From contig OY969413.1 of the NCBI GenBank assembly GCA_963699165.1, positions 532,562 through 596,561 on the forward strand: 64,000 nucleotides of DNA. Direction: 5' to 3'. Positions within the stretch are counted from its first letter, which is position 1; the number at the start of each line of letters is the position of its first letter. Of this stretch, positions 9,294 to 18,212 are shown piece by piece. Source of the stretch: Candidatus Kaiserbacteria bacterium (lineage in GTDB: Bacteria > Patescibacteriota > Minisyncoccia > Phycocordibacterales > Phycocordibacteraceae). The notes beneath the pieces were generated by a model. The model saw only the letters and a list, made by a program, of their open reading frames with translations. It searched no databases and had not been told where the DNA came from. The translations under genes were made by a program, and so were the position numbers.

Positions 9294-10223
9294 CGTAATG
9301 GTTCAATAGCTTGGACGCGATATCATCGCGTCATGGCATACACACAAAACCCTCACATGCCCAAGGTCAGAAGGGATGCTGCAGACATGGTGAGGAGAGG
9401 ATATACGCCCACCGAGGTTGGCCGTCGGTTCGGCGTCGGGTCGAGTACGGTATGCAAATGGGTGAAGAAGGCGAAGATATACGGGTATCATCCGATTCCG
9501 ACGCTCTCATCAAAACCGAGGAATCATCCAAACGAGCTGCCGTCGAAGATTGTGAACAAGATTGTCGAGAAGCGTCTCGTACTCAAACGCTCGGCCGAGG
9601 TCGTACACCGGGCGCTCGAAGACGAGGGTGTCTCGGTGTCGCTCTCGTCGGTGAAGCGGACGCTCGGTCGTTTCGGCCTCATCAAAAAGCGGAGCCCGTG
9701 GAAACGGTACCACCCGCACTCGGAACGTCCGGAAGCCGCATATCCGGGCGCTCTTGTGGAGGTGGACACCATCCATCTGGCACTCCACGGCAAAACGGTT
9801 CTGTACGTGTATACACTAATCGATGTATACAGCCGTTGGGCGTACGCCTGGGCGACCCCGCGCATCAACTGCCGCGTCTCTCTCCTCTTCGTGAAGCGGG
9901 CACAGGTTGCGGCACCATTCCTGTTCGAGTGCGTGCAGACCGACAATGGCCCCGAGTTCTCCATGCACTTCACCGAACGCCTCTCGATACGCCATCGACA
10001 CACGAGAGTCAGGCAGAGCAACGACAATGCGCACGTCGAGCGATTCAATCGCACACTGCGTGAAGAGTGTCTTGATGCTCTTTCGATTGAGATACGGGCA
10101 ATCAATGCGATTCTGCCGACCTATCTGAGCGGGTACAACACCACCCGCCACCACTTCGGGCTCGACCTCAAAACGCCGCTCGCCATATTAACAGAATGCG
10201 TCCAAGCTATTGATTAGAAAACG
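9294..10223 (+). mobile_element. IS481-like insertion sequence
   Basis: Perfect 16-bp subterminal IR (9303-9318 / 10198-10213), termini CGT...ACG, direct repeat GCGCCG at 9288-9293 and 10224-10229. Confidence 0.85.
9333..10217 (+). CDS. DDE (integrase core) transposase
   Basis: N-terminal HTH; VEVDT, QTDNGPEF, NAHVERFNRT. Confidence 0.92.
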   Translation: MAYTQNPHMPKVRRDAADMVRRGYTPTEVGRRFGVGSSTVCKWVKKAKIYGYHPIPTLSSKPRNHPNELPSKIVNKIVEKRLVLKRSAEVVHRALEDEGVSVSLSSVKRTLGRFGLIKKRSPWKRYHPHSERPEAAYPGALVEVDTIHLALHGKTVLYVYTLIDVYSRWAYAWATPRINCRVSLLFVKRAQVAAPFLFECVQTDNGPEFSMHFTERLSIRHRHTRVRQSNDNAHVERFNRTLREECLDALSIEIRAINAILPTYLSGYNTTRHHFGLDLKTPLAILTECVQAID

Positions 10224-10293
10224 GCGCCGCTGTGCGAAGTAAGTTGATGCGTTGCGCCGGCAATCAGCTGCGCGGCAACGGCTATCGGCTGTT

Positions 10294-10593
10294 TTAACCG
10301 CCCGGGATGAACGGTATGTCTTTCAAGACGCGCCGCGCATCATCGAGATCCTTCTCGAGCGACTCCTGTTTTCGTTTCATCTTGCGTATATACGCCGCGT
10401 CCTTTATAAAACTCGGAATCAAAAATGAGAGTGTGATAACCACTCCCGAGAGGACGGCAAGAATAAGCATTACCGCCAGCGAACTTCCAAACTGCCAGCC
10501 GAAAAATAGCACGACAACGGGAGCAACGTTCTGCGCTATGAAAATAACCAAAAGCACGCCGATGATAATGCAGGGAATGAGGGAATATATCAT
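10294..10593 (-). CDS. LapA / DUF1049-family membrane protein
   Basis: Two TM helices with AQN...V.V.F motif, C-terminal coiled coil. Confidence 0.75.
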   Translation of the reverse strand: MIYSLIPCIIIGVLLVIFIAQNVAPVVVLFFGWQFGSSLAVMLILAVLSGVVITLSFLIPSFIKDAAYIRKMKRKQESLEKDLDDARRVLKDIPFIPGG

Positions 10594-10764
10594 GGATATG
10601 GTAATGATGTGCGCCGGATACTACCTACCGATTTTACCACACGACGGAAACGGGAATTGCCTCTGAAAATTCCGGTTGGCGGGCACGCGGCCGAGGGGCT
10701 TGACATAAAACTGCCAAACGGCAAAGCTTGAGAGATAATACGCTCGTGCGAACACATTGACGGT

Positions 10765-11223
10765 TCAAAACGCCCGCGAATCGTACGCCCAGTGGAGCAA
10801 GGCCTGCCGTTGGCGGGGCCGACAAGTGACGTCTCCGCGACGGCAATTGTTTTTAATTTGCATGATGTGCCGCCGCATCGCGAGCCATCGTTTGATTTGC
10901 CGCTCATCGTCGGCGCTTCTGCGTCCCAAATAGTAGCGGCAATACCACTCGAACCATCCGCGCGGGTCCTGCGGACGTATCCAGCCTTTTGCCTGCCAAA
11001 CCGAGAGCGGCTGGCTCGCATTCACATTAAAATAATTGAACTCCTTGTGGCTCTTCCCGTCCGTCGATAGTGGTACGCCTGCAAACCAATCTTTCGGAAA
11101 CTCCTTCGGCTTGTCGGCAAAGTACAGTCCGCCGAAAACACCGAGCTTCAGCATTTGTTTTGGCGTCAGCTCCGGCTTGAAGCGCGGGTCAAATTTATTT
11201 TTTGTTGCGGTTTTTCGGGTCAT
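10765..11223 (-). CDS. Conserved hypothetical protein
   Basis: PELTPKQML.LGVFGG, DPRGWFEWYCRY, RQRQALLHWA; start reassigned to ATG overlapping upstream stop. Confidence 0.8.
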   Translation of the reverse strand: MTRKTATKNKFDPRFKPELTPKQMLKLGVFGGLYFADKPKEFPKDWFAGVPLSTDGKSHKEFNYFNVNASQPLSVWQAKGWIRPQDPRGWFEWYCRYYLGRRSADDERQIKRWLAMRRHIMQIKNNCRRGDVTCRPRQRQALLHWAYDSRAF

Positions 11224-11471
11224 CGACGGTGCGTGCAGCCGGCCCAGCAACAGGGCCGGCGCATTCCGCCAGAAAGCTTCGAGAGTCCCTTCTTGATGCG
11301 AATGTCCCGCGTCTCCGCTTTTTTGCCGGACGTGACCCAGCAAATCCATTCATTCCGCGCGAGCGGCGTAATGTCAGTCCATACAGCGAGAGCTTTCTGA
11401 GTCGAGAGCAGGGCCTTTCGCAAGTCCGCAGGCATTTTGTGTACGACACCTCCTGCAATTTTTACGGTCAT
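11220..11471 (-). CDS. YdeI/OmpD-associated family protein
   Basis: PADL..AL, ITPLARNEWICW, TR..RI, RRPCCW.GC. Confidence 0.8.
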   Translation of the reverse strand: MTVKIAGGVVHKMPADLRKALLSTQKALAVWTDITPLARNEWICWVTSGKKAETRDIRIKKGLSKLSGGMRRPCCWAGCTHRR

Positions 11472-11480
11472 AAGTTTTTA

Positions 11481-11639
11481 TTAGACCTTAAACGCAAACG
11501 ATAAAAGCACGATGGTTAACGCGTTAAGAATCACTAACGCTGTTGCTGTTTGCCATTTTGCCGAAAAGGGATGCCATACGATATAGACCGTGTAGATGAT
11601 TGCAACAAGTGCCGCACCGATAAAATTTCCTCGTATCAT
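11481..11639 (-). CDS. Small 52-aa two-TM protein (not in ORF track)
   Basis: MIRGNFIGAALVAIIYTVYIVWHPFSAKWQTATALVILNALTIVLLSFAFKV*; fills the gap in a same-strand gene run. Confidence 0.5.
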   Translation of the reverse strand: MIRGNFIGAALVAIIYTVYIVWHPFSAKWQTATALVILNALTIVLLSFAFKV

Positions 11640-11716
11640 ATTTTATGATTGTGTTTGGTGTGTGGCCGCAGTAGCAATTGTATCATTACAATTTACTTAG
11701 TATTTCTTATCAATTT

Positions 11717-12115
11717 TCAGAACGGGTAACTGCTCGTTATCTCTTCCCCTATTTGAATATCCCGAACGGCCACGTCAACCGATGTGCCCTTGGCATGAGG
11801 CATTCCTTCCATGTTCAGCAGACGGTCAGTGTCTTCTTTGCCAAACGTTTCAACGCGCCTTTTGTACACAATCTCGTACAGAGCTTTTGAACGATACCCT
11901 TCTTTAATAAACAACTTGTAGCCTCTCTTTTGAAATTCAGCATCAACCGCGAGCAACGGTTCCAAAATATCTCTGTGCACGTGCACGCGATCGCTCGTGA
12001 GGCCGACGGAAAGAATGTCTTCTTTCGTCAATCCTTTTGCTTCGTATTTGTGCCAGTAAAAATTGCTGCCGAGCAATCCGTGTTCGATGATGTCAATCGA
12101 CTCTTCTTCGGGCAT
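11717..12115 (-). pseudogene. Truncated M15 (VanX/DdpX-like) peptidase ending in a SET-domain-like tail
   Basis: KEGYR and H..G.SVDV motifs present, C-terminal E-W-W-H half absent; ends AVRDIQIGEEITSSY. Confidence 0.6.
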
Positions 12116-12181
12116 TGGAGAATTGTATCAGACACTAGTAATTGCTCACCAGAGCGGCACGCTTCGAACGTAATACTTAAT

Positions 12182-12706
12182 CTAAGAATATTCAACGTCT
12201 AAATCTGCAGTATCAAGCGAGCCCTTGTACAAAATATGCGGCACGAGATGGAAAAGCAATGGTCGCACTCCTTCAGCTTTTTTCTGTTTGTAATATTCAA
12301 TCGTACCCTCCGGAACGATTCGGTAGGCATCCATTCGTGCAAGATCAAACGGCTCATACTCTTTAAAATTCGGAACGACATTCTCATCTCTGCGGTAGAT
12401 AAACGCGATGCTGTTTTCTCCCAGCAACAACGGCGCGGGAACTTTGAACCAGGCAACGGACGGCAATTCCGTATCCGCTTTAGCCAGATTTGCTTTTAGT
12501 GTTGCCGGTGCAACGGCTGTAAAGTGTAGTACATCGTTCCACAAACAATGCAGCGGCGGAATTTCAGTAGTGAGCAACTGTTCTCTGCCCTCATATTTTT
12601 TAACGTGTTCAGCGTATATCTCGGGATGTGTTTGCCGAAGACTATTGAGAGGACAGAGAATTGTCCCGACCATATTTTTTGGAACTCGATGATATACGTA
12701 TTCCAT
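12182..12706 (-). CDS. Conserved hypothetical protein
   Basis: YHRVP.NM.G..L.PLN, KYEGRE, CLWNDVLH, PHILYKG; start reassigned to MEYVYHR. Confidence 0.7.
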   Translation of the reverse strand: MEYVYHRVPKNMVGTILCPLNSLRQTHPEIYAEHVKKYEGREQLLTTEIPPLHCLWNDVLHFTAVAPATLKANLAKADTELPSVAWFKVPAPLLLGENSIAFIYRRDENVVPNFKEYEPFDLARMDAYRIVPEGTIEYYKQKKAEGVRPLLFHLVPHILYKGSLDTADLDVEYS

Positions 12707-12743
12707 ATGTACGTATTGTATCGCATGATACGAACTTGATTTT

Positions 12744-13334
12744 TCAACCAAGCAGAGCTTCAACGGTGTCCCTTGTTTCTTCGAGACTGATGAACATGAA
12801 AGCGCGTATTCCCAAACTTTCCGCGGCCTTCAAGTTCTTTTCTTGGCCGTCAAAATAAATCGCTTCGGAAGGGTTCAGCGCAAAATCGTTCAGTACGAGC
12901 CGCCACGCTTCTACGTCCGGCTTCACGAGTCCGGTCTGCCAGGAAAAATACGCCTTATCAACCGCGTCATGCATCCATGGATAATGGCTATAGTGTTCCG
13001 CACGCTCCTTAAAATTATTTGAGAGCGTAATGACTTTGACTCCCTTCTGTTTTAATTCGCGGGCGAAAGAAATCATTTCTTCGGAGGGCGTCTCCGCACT
13101 AAACCAGTAGTTCCAAAATTCCGCTTCGGTCATATCAACATCCCACTCTTTAAGCACGTGTTCCCAATACGTAAACGCCGCCTTCGCTCCTGGCTTTCTA
13201 ACCTCATCCATTATCGCTCCGAGTTTTGGTAGAAATGCAGAAGGAGGAACGCCGAAATCCTTTTCAAAACGATCGCTCAATTTCGGACTTAGGATAAATA
13301 CGCCGTTTAAATCGAAGATGATTGCCTTGATCAT
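12744..13334 (-). CDS. HAD-family hydrolase (subfamily IA)
   Basis: IIFDLNGV, LSN, KPD, YFDG.EKN (variant motifs I and IV). Confidence 0.85.
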   Translation of the reverse strand: MIKAIIFDLNGVFILSPKLSDRFEKDFGVPPSAFLPKLGAIMDEVRKPGAKAAFTYWEHVLKEWDVDMTEAEFWNYWFSAETPSEEMISFARELKQKGVKVITLSNNFKERAEHYSHYPWMHDAVDKAYFSWQTGLVKPDVEAWRLVLNDFALNPSEAIYFDGQEKNLKAAESLGIRAFMFISLEETRDTVEALLG

Positions 13335-13341
13335 AGTTAAC

Positions 13342-13941
13342 TTAAGACGGTGCAGTCGCCACTTCGGTAAAGTGTGCCTTAAGCCGCTCGTACTCGGGCC
13401 GTACCCTCTCCCTCAAATCCTCGTACGCAATCTTATTTGTAAAATCGCGGTCAATTTTGGGTAAAGCCCATTTTGCGACTTTTTGCGATGACAGGTGACC
13501 CAGATTGCCATTTTCGGCAAACTCATAAAAATTGCTTGTCATGTGCACGACACCGTCAGCCGCCGCCATCGCCTTCCCTTCTAGCGAAGCGGGACGAACA
13601 TCGCCATGGCAGCTGTGCTTGGCTATTGCATCGTCAACGATTATCGCTATTTCATCGTCGCTGAATCCGGTTTTTTGTAACAATTCCCGCGCAATACGAA
13701 AACTCTCCTGTTCGTGGTTCGGATCCTCTCTTTTCATGACAGCATCGGCAACATCGTGCAAAAGTCCTGCTGCTTCGGCGAGTTCCGGACTGCCTCCATA
13801 TTCATGGGCAATCTTTCTGGCCTCGTTACCAACGAGTACCACATGCCCTTCATAAAGCCAGTCAGCCCAATCGGCGCGCGAGAAACGCTTTTCTTCGTAT
13901 AACCTTTTAACTTCTTCTCTTAATTTTTCTATCCTTTCCAT
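13342..13941 (-). CDS. HD-domain protein
   Basis: H..LV, LLHDVAD, AAADG. Confidence 0.8.
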   Translation of the reverse strand: MERIEKLREEVKRLYEEKRFSRADWADWLYEGHVVLVGNEARKIAHEYGGSPELAEAAGLLHDVADAVMKREDPNHEQESFRIARELLQKTGFSDDEIAIIVDDAIAKHSCHGDVRPASLEGKAMAAADGVVHMTSNFYEFAENGNLGHLSSQKVAKWALPKIDRDFTNKIAYEDLRERVRPEYERLKAHFTEVATAPS

Positions 13942-13966
13942 AATTACACTATACCAAAATGGTTGT

Positions 13967-14090
13967 CTACGGGTCAGGGACCGCAAATACGCTTCTCGAA
14001 GATTACAGCTTCAGTACACCTTTCGCGTCTCGCTTCGCCTTCGGCTTTTCACGACATGCTCAAGGTCTTCGAGTCCCTGCCCCGCTAGCA
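13967..14090. repeat. Direct (13967-13980) and inverted (14068-14090) copies of the tRNA-Gln 3' end
   Basis: ctacgggtcaggga vs tRNA ctgcgggtcaggga; ttcgagtccctgccccgctagca vs tRNA-sense ttcgagtccctgacccgcagca. Confidence 0.8.
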
Positions 14091-14098
14091 ACGGCAAA

Positions 14099-14129
14099 AC
14101 AAGAAATCCCCTGAACGGGGATTTCTTGT
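14099..14129 (-). terminator. Terminator hairpin downstream of tRNA-Gln
   Basis: acaagaaatcccc-tgaac-ggggatttcttgt, 13-bp stem, T run on minus strand. Confidence 0.75.
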
Positions 14130-14137
14130 GCCGATTG

Positions 14138-14208
14138 CTGCGGGTCAGGGACTCGAACCCCAATACTCGCCTCCAGAGGGCGATGTCCTACCATTAGACG
14201 AACCCGCA
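14138..14208 (-). tRNA. tRNA-Gln(CTG)
   Basis: Cloverleaf TGCGGGT/ACCCGCA, anticodon arm TCGCC-CTCTGGA-GGCGA, GGTTCGAGTCC; CCA not encoded. Confidence 0.95.
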
Positions 14209-14237
14209 ATAACATCAGTATCACACCCTATTGAAAA

Positions 14238-14383
14238 TTCGTCTAATGGGAGGTGTCCTACTGCCAAGCGAGCCGAGTCATGAGCATATGTCTGCATATG
14301 CTCATGCGAGGCGAGCGCCGGCAGAAAGCCCGAAGGGCTTACCATTAGATGATTCCGCAATGGCGCGGCGCGAAGCGCCGCGC
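14238..14383. repeat. Degenerate copies of the tRNA-Gln 5' end with palindromic insert, followed by REP-like hairpin
   Basis: Inverted D-arm copy 14238-14249; tgtcctac 14254-14261 and accattagatgattccgcaat 14341-14361 match tRNA; hairpin gcgcggcgc-gaa-gcgccgcgc 14363-14383. Confidence 0.7.
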
Positions 14384-14422
14384 ACTTCCATGCACGATAC
14401 TTGAAAACCGGCTTTTATTCAA

Positions 14423-14965
14423 CTACGGCTTAAGCGGCCAGAAGAGCGTATACACGAACGTCACGAACGGATTGAGGGTCGGGCCGTAGACGATAGCGGT
14501 CCCGAGCGCGGCCGTCACGATGACACCGACGAGACCCAGAAGTGCGAGCGCCGGCAACCAGCCCTTGTCGAGCGTGAGGTGCGTGACTTTTTTCTTCAAA
14601 CGCCATGAGGCATTCATCAGTTTATTTTGCCCGATGACGCGAACAGCCCATCCGTTGTTATCGAGAATGCGCACGAGATATGCCGCGCCGATGACGAAAT
14701 AAATGAAAGTCGTCGCAACGGCAAACGGCACGTGCACTTTCAAAATGAACGCCGTCGGGATTCCTGTAACGAGACCTTTGGCTATGCCGCCCGTTACAAG
14801 CGCGAGCAAAGCAGACACGAAACCGGAGAACAGCAGGAATGCATTCACCGGAAAGACCCACGACTGCCGACGGAGCGCCGGCCAAAAACCGGCGACAATT
14901 TCAAGAATCGAATACAATGCGAACACCGCTATCGGAAAATGCACGAACAAAGGGTGAATATTCAT
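14423..14965 (-). CDS. DUF2231-family membrane protein
   Basis: HPLFVHFPIA N-terminus, 4 TM helices, G..IVYG. Confidence 0.8.
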   Translation of the reverse strand: MNIHPLFVHFPIAVFALYSILEIVAGFWPALRRQSWVFPVNAFLLFSGFVSALLALVTGGIAKGLVTGIPTAFILKVHVPFAVATTFIYFVIGAAYLVRILDNNGWAVRVIGQNKLMNASWRLKKKVTHLTLDKGWLPALALLGLVGVIVTAALGTAIVYGPTLNPFVTFVYTLFWPLKP

Positions 14966-15008
14966 ACCCTGATAGTATATACGATTTAAAACGCGCTAGA
15001 ATACAGGC

Positions 15009-15758
15009 ATGATTCGAAGCGTTTCGCAGCCGCAAAGTCCCGCATGGCGGCGCAGTCATCGCAGACGCCATCGCAGGGCATGGGTCATCATGGCCGGCGT
15101 CATCGGTTCCTTGATTCTTCTTGTCGCCCTCGGGCGCTTAAACGGATTCAGCTGGCTCGATCTTTCGAGCGCGGTCGCGAATACCACCTATCGCCTCCTG
15201 CTTGCATACGTCATCGCGCTTGTCGCCGGCGTATCGATTGCGCTTCTCGTCGGTTGGAGCTCGCTTTCCGACATCCTCTTCCCCGTCTTCGATATTTTGC
15301 AAAATATTCCGTCTTTCGCGCTTATCCCTTTTTTCATTTACTTTCTCGGCTACACCAATCTGATGATAATCATATTCTCGGTGAGTTCCATTGTGTGGCC
15401 GATTCTGTTTGCCGTACTTACCGCCATCAAGAACGCGCACTCGGACCTTAACGATGCCGCGACCATTTTCGGCGCGCGCGGATTTCGGCGCATTCCGTAC
15501 TATCTTGCGCCGCTTTCGTATCCCGCGATTCTTACCGGTTCAATCGTCGGCATCGCCATCGGGTGGGAATCGATTATCGGCGCGGAGATAATTACCAATG
15601 TCGCCGGCTTCGGCTCGTTTATCAAAAATGTGAGTTCCACCGGCATCAGCGAGGCGGCCGTTGCGGGCATGTTTTTGATTCTCATCATCGTGTTTATCAT
15701 CAACCGCATCGTATGGGCGCCGCTTCTCGCGCAGAGCAGCAGGCGGTACGCCGAATGA
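15009..15758 (+). CDS. ABC transporter permease (NitT/TauT-like)
   Basis: LQNIPSFALIP, EAA-like loop DAATIFGA, W..IIGAE. Confidence 0.85.
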   Translation: MIRSVSQPQSPAWRRSHRRRHRRAWVIMAGVIGSLILLVALGRLNGFSWLDLSSAVANTTYRLLLAYVIALVAGVSIALLVGWSSLSDILFPVFDILQNIPSFALIPFFIYFLGYTNLMIIIFSVSSIVWPILFAVLTAIKNAHSDLNDAATIFGARGFRRIPYYLAPLSYPAILTGSIVGIAIGWESIIGAEIITNVAGFGSFIKNVSSTGISEAAVAGMFLILIIVFIINRIVWAPLLAQSSRRYAE

Positions 15759-16507
15759 GTATGGAACACACATCCGAAGCGGCACTCGTTCTCTCGCGCG
15801 TCTACGCACACTTCACCGACGAAGGGGTAAAAGAAGTCGCTGCGCTTGAGGACATTTCATTTTCGATTTCGAGCGGCTCGTTCGTATCGGTCATCGGACC
15901 ATCCGGCGCGGGCAAGTCGACGCTGATGCGGATGATATTGAATTTGATTCCGCATGCGCGCGGCACGGTTGTGCGGAATTTTTCAAAGCCCGCCATGGTA
16001 TTTCAAAACTACGCGCTTTTCCCGTGGCTCACAGCGATTGAAAACGCGGCATTCGGCCTGCAGATGGAAGGCATGAACAAAAAAGACCGCGAACGCATCG
16101 CGCGCGAAAAATTGAAGGAAGTCGGGCTTGACCGCTTGGAACACCATTACCCAGCCGCGCTTTCGGGCGGCCAGAGGCAGCGCGTCGGCCTTGCGCGCGC
16201 GCTTGCGATTTCTCCCGACTTTCTCATCATGGACGAACCGTTTTCAAATCTCGACACCATCACCTCCGAGGCGCTCAAGGCCGACCTGCTGAAAATTTGG
16301 CGCACCTACGGCATGACCATACTTATGGTGAACCATCTCATTCCGGACGCCATCGAACTCTCCGACCAAATCATCATCCTGGGCTCGCATCCCGGACATG
16401 TCGAAAAGATTTTGACGGTTGACCTGCCGCGCCCGCGCGACGCACGCAGCGCGCAATTTTTCAAACAGGTGGACGTTCTCACCGAGGCAATCCGAGCGAT
16501 TTCCTAG
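15755..16507 (+). CDS. ABC transporter ATP-binding protein (NitT/TauT-like)
   Basis: GPSGAGKST, VFQNYALFPW, LSGGQRQR, MDEPF; start reassigned to ATGA overlap. Confidence 0.9.
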   Translation: MSMEHTSEAALVLSRVYAHFTDEGVKEVAALEDISFSISSGSFVSVIGPSGAGKSTLMRMILNLIPHARGTVVRNFSKPAMVFQNYALFPWLTAIENAAFGLQMEGMNKKDRERIAREKLKEVGLDRLEHHYPAALSGGQRQRVGLARALAISPDFLIMDEPFSNLDTITSEALKADLLKIWRTYGMTILMVNHLIPDAIELSDQIIILGSHPGHVEKILTVDLPRPRDARSAQFFKQVDVLTEAIRAIS

Positions 16508-16544
16508 ACGTCGATTTTCGAGAAGCAATACGAACCGTGCGGAA

Positions 16545-18203
16545 TTATCTTTTCTTTTTGCGGCCTGCGGCGGCGCGAATGAATTCGGTAAAAAGCGGGT
16601 GCGGCGCAAGCGGGCGCGCCTGAAGTTCCGGGTGGAATTGCGTGCCGAGCATGAACGGATGCTCCGAGGTCGGCAACTCCGCGATTTCCATGAGCACGCC
16701 GTCGGGACTGGTGCCGGAAAAAACAAGTCCCGCTTCCTCAAGCGGCTTCACGTAATGCGGATTGATTTCATACCGGTGGCGGTGGCGCTCTTCGACCAAT
16801 TCCTGTTTGTACGCGCCGCGCGCAATGGTCCCTTTTTTCAAATACGCCGGATACGAGCCGAGCCGCATGGTGCCGCCGTACTTATTGTCGGCAAGATGTT
16901 TCTTTTGCTCGAGCATGACGTCGACGACCGGGTCTTTCGCGGTCTTCTTGATTTCGGTCGTGTGCGCGTCTTTGAGTTTCAGAACGTGCCGCGCGTATTC
17001 GATGACCATGAGCTGCATGCCGTAGCACAGCCCGAAATACGGAATTTTGCGCTCGCGGGCATACCGTATGGCTTTAATTTTCCCTTCGATGCCCGTCTCG
17101 CCGAAACCGCCCGGTACGATGATACCGTGATAGTGCCCGAGAATCGCCGACGGTTTTGCGCCCTCGCGCTCGAGGTCTTTGGAGTTCACCCAGCTGATTT
17201 TCGCGCGCAGGCCGAGCTTTGCGGCGGAAAACTTGATTGCCTCAATGACCGAAAGGTATGCATCGGAGAGCACGAAGTCGCCCGTATCAAAATATTTCCC
17301 GACTACTGCAATCGAAACCTCCGGCGCTTTTTTGTTTGCGGCCGCGACAACGAATTTTTTCCAAGCGGCGAGCGATGCGGCGTGCTGCGCCGGAAGTTTA
17401 AGCGCATCAAGCAGCACGTCCCCGAGTTTGCTTTTTTCGAAATTGAGCGGCACTTCGTAAATACTCGAAATGTCCGGCGCGGCGATGATGCGCTCCTTGC
17501 TCACGTTGCAGGCGATTGATAGTTTTTCCTTTCGCTTGTCGTCAATCGGCTCTTTCGAGCGCGCCACGATGAAATCCGGCTGCACGCCGTAGCTGTTCAA
17601 ATCGCGCACGGCCATTTGCGTCGGCTTCGTTTTCATTTCGCCAAGCGTGCCGGGCGTCGGCAAGTACGAGACAATGACGAACAAAACGTCCTCGGGATGC
17701 TGCATTTTCAAAACGCGTGCGGCCTCGATAAACAGCGCATTCTGGAAATCGCCGATGGTGCCGCCGATTTCAATAACGGAAACGCGGCTGCCGTTGTAGG
17801 CAGCCGCGGCTTCGATGCGCCGAAGGATTTCATTGCGCACGTGCGGAATCGCCTCTACGCATTTGCCGCCGTATTCGAGCGCGCGCTCGCGCGCGATGAC
17901 CGACTGGTACACCATGCCGCTCGTCATGTAATCGTCGTTCGTGAGGTCGCGCCCGAGAAAACGCTCGTAGTTGCCCATGTCCTGGTCGGTTTCGAGGCCG
18001 CTCCGAAGCACGAACACTTCACCGTGCTCGGTCGGATTCATCGTGCCGGCATCCACATTCAAATAGGGATCGATTTTTACGAGATTTACCGGATATCCTT
18101 TTTGCTGCAATAAAAGACCGACCGAACTGCTGACGACGCCCTTCCCCACGCCGCTCATCACTCCCCCCAGCACAAAGATGTATTTATGCCCGTCTTTTGC
18201 CAT
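16545..18203 (-). CDS. pyrG: CTP synthase
   Basis: GGVMSGVGKG, KIDPYLNVDAGTMNP.EHGE, GLCYGMQ, ERHRHRYE, QFHPE. Confidence 0.98.
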   Translation of the reverse strand: MAKDGHKYIFVLGGVMSGVGKGVVSSSVGLLLQQKGYPVNLVKIDPYLNVDAGTMNPTEHGEVFVLRSGLETDQDMGNYERFLGRDLTNDDYMTSGMVYQSVIARERALEYGGKCVEAIPHVRNEILRRIEAAAAYNGSRVSVIEIGGTIGDFQNALFIEAARVLKMQHPEDVLFVIVSYLPTPGTLGEMKTKPTQMAVRDLNSYGVQPDFIVARSKEPIDDKRKEKLSIACNVSKERIIAAPDISSIYEVPLNFEKSKLGDVLLDALKLPAQHAASLAAWKKFVVAAANKKAPEVSIAVVGKYFDTGDFVLSDAYLSVIEAIKFSAAKLGLRAKISWVNSKDLEREGAKPSAILGHYHGIIVPGGFGETGIEGKIKAIRYARERKIPYFGLCYGMQLMVIEYARHVLKLKDAHTTEIKKTAKDPVVDVMLEQKKHLADNKYGGTMRLGSYPAYLKKGTIARGAYKQELVEERHRHRYEINPHYVKPLEEAGLVFSGTSPDGVLMEIAELPTSEHPFMLGTQFHPELQARPLAPHPLFTEFIRAAAGRKKKR

Positions 18204-18212
18204 ACAAATGAA

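Noticed and set aside
16419-17519. Long antisense ORFs (also 7646-8515, 25190-26152, 34701-35840, 38810-40141)
   Set aside because: Shadow frames of well-supported genes in GC-rich DNA, with no recognisable motifs
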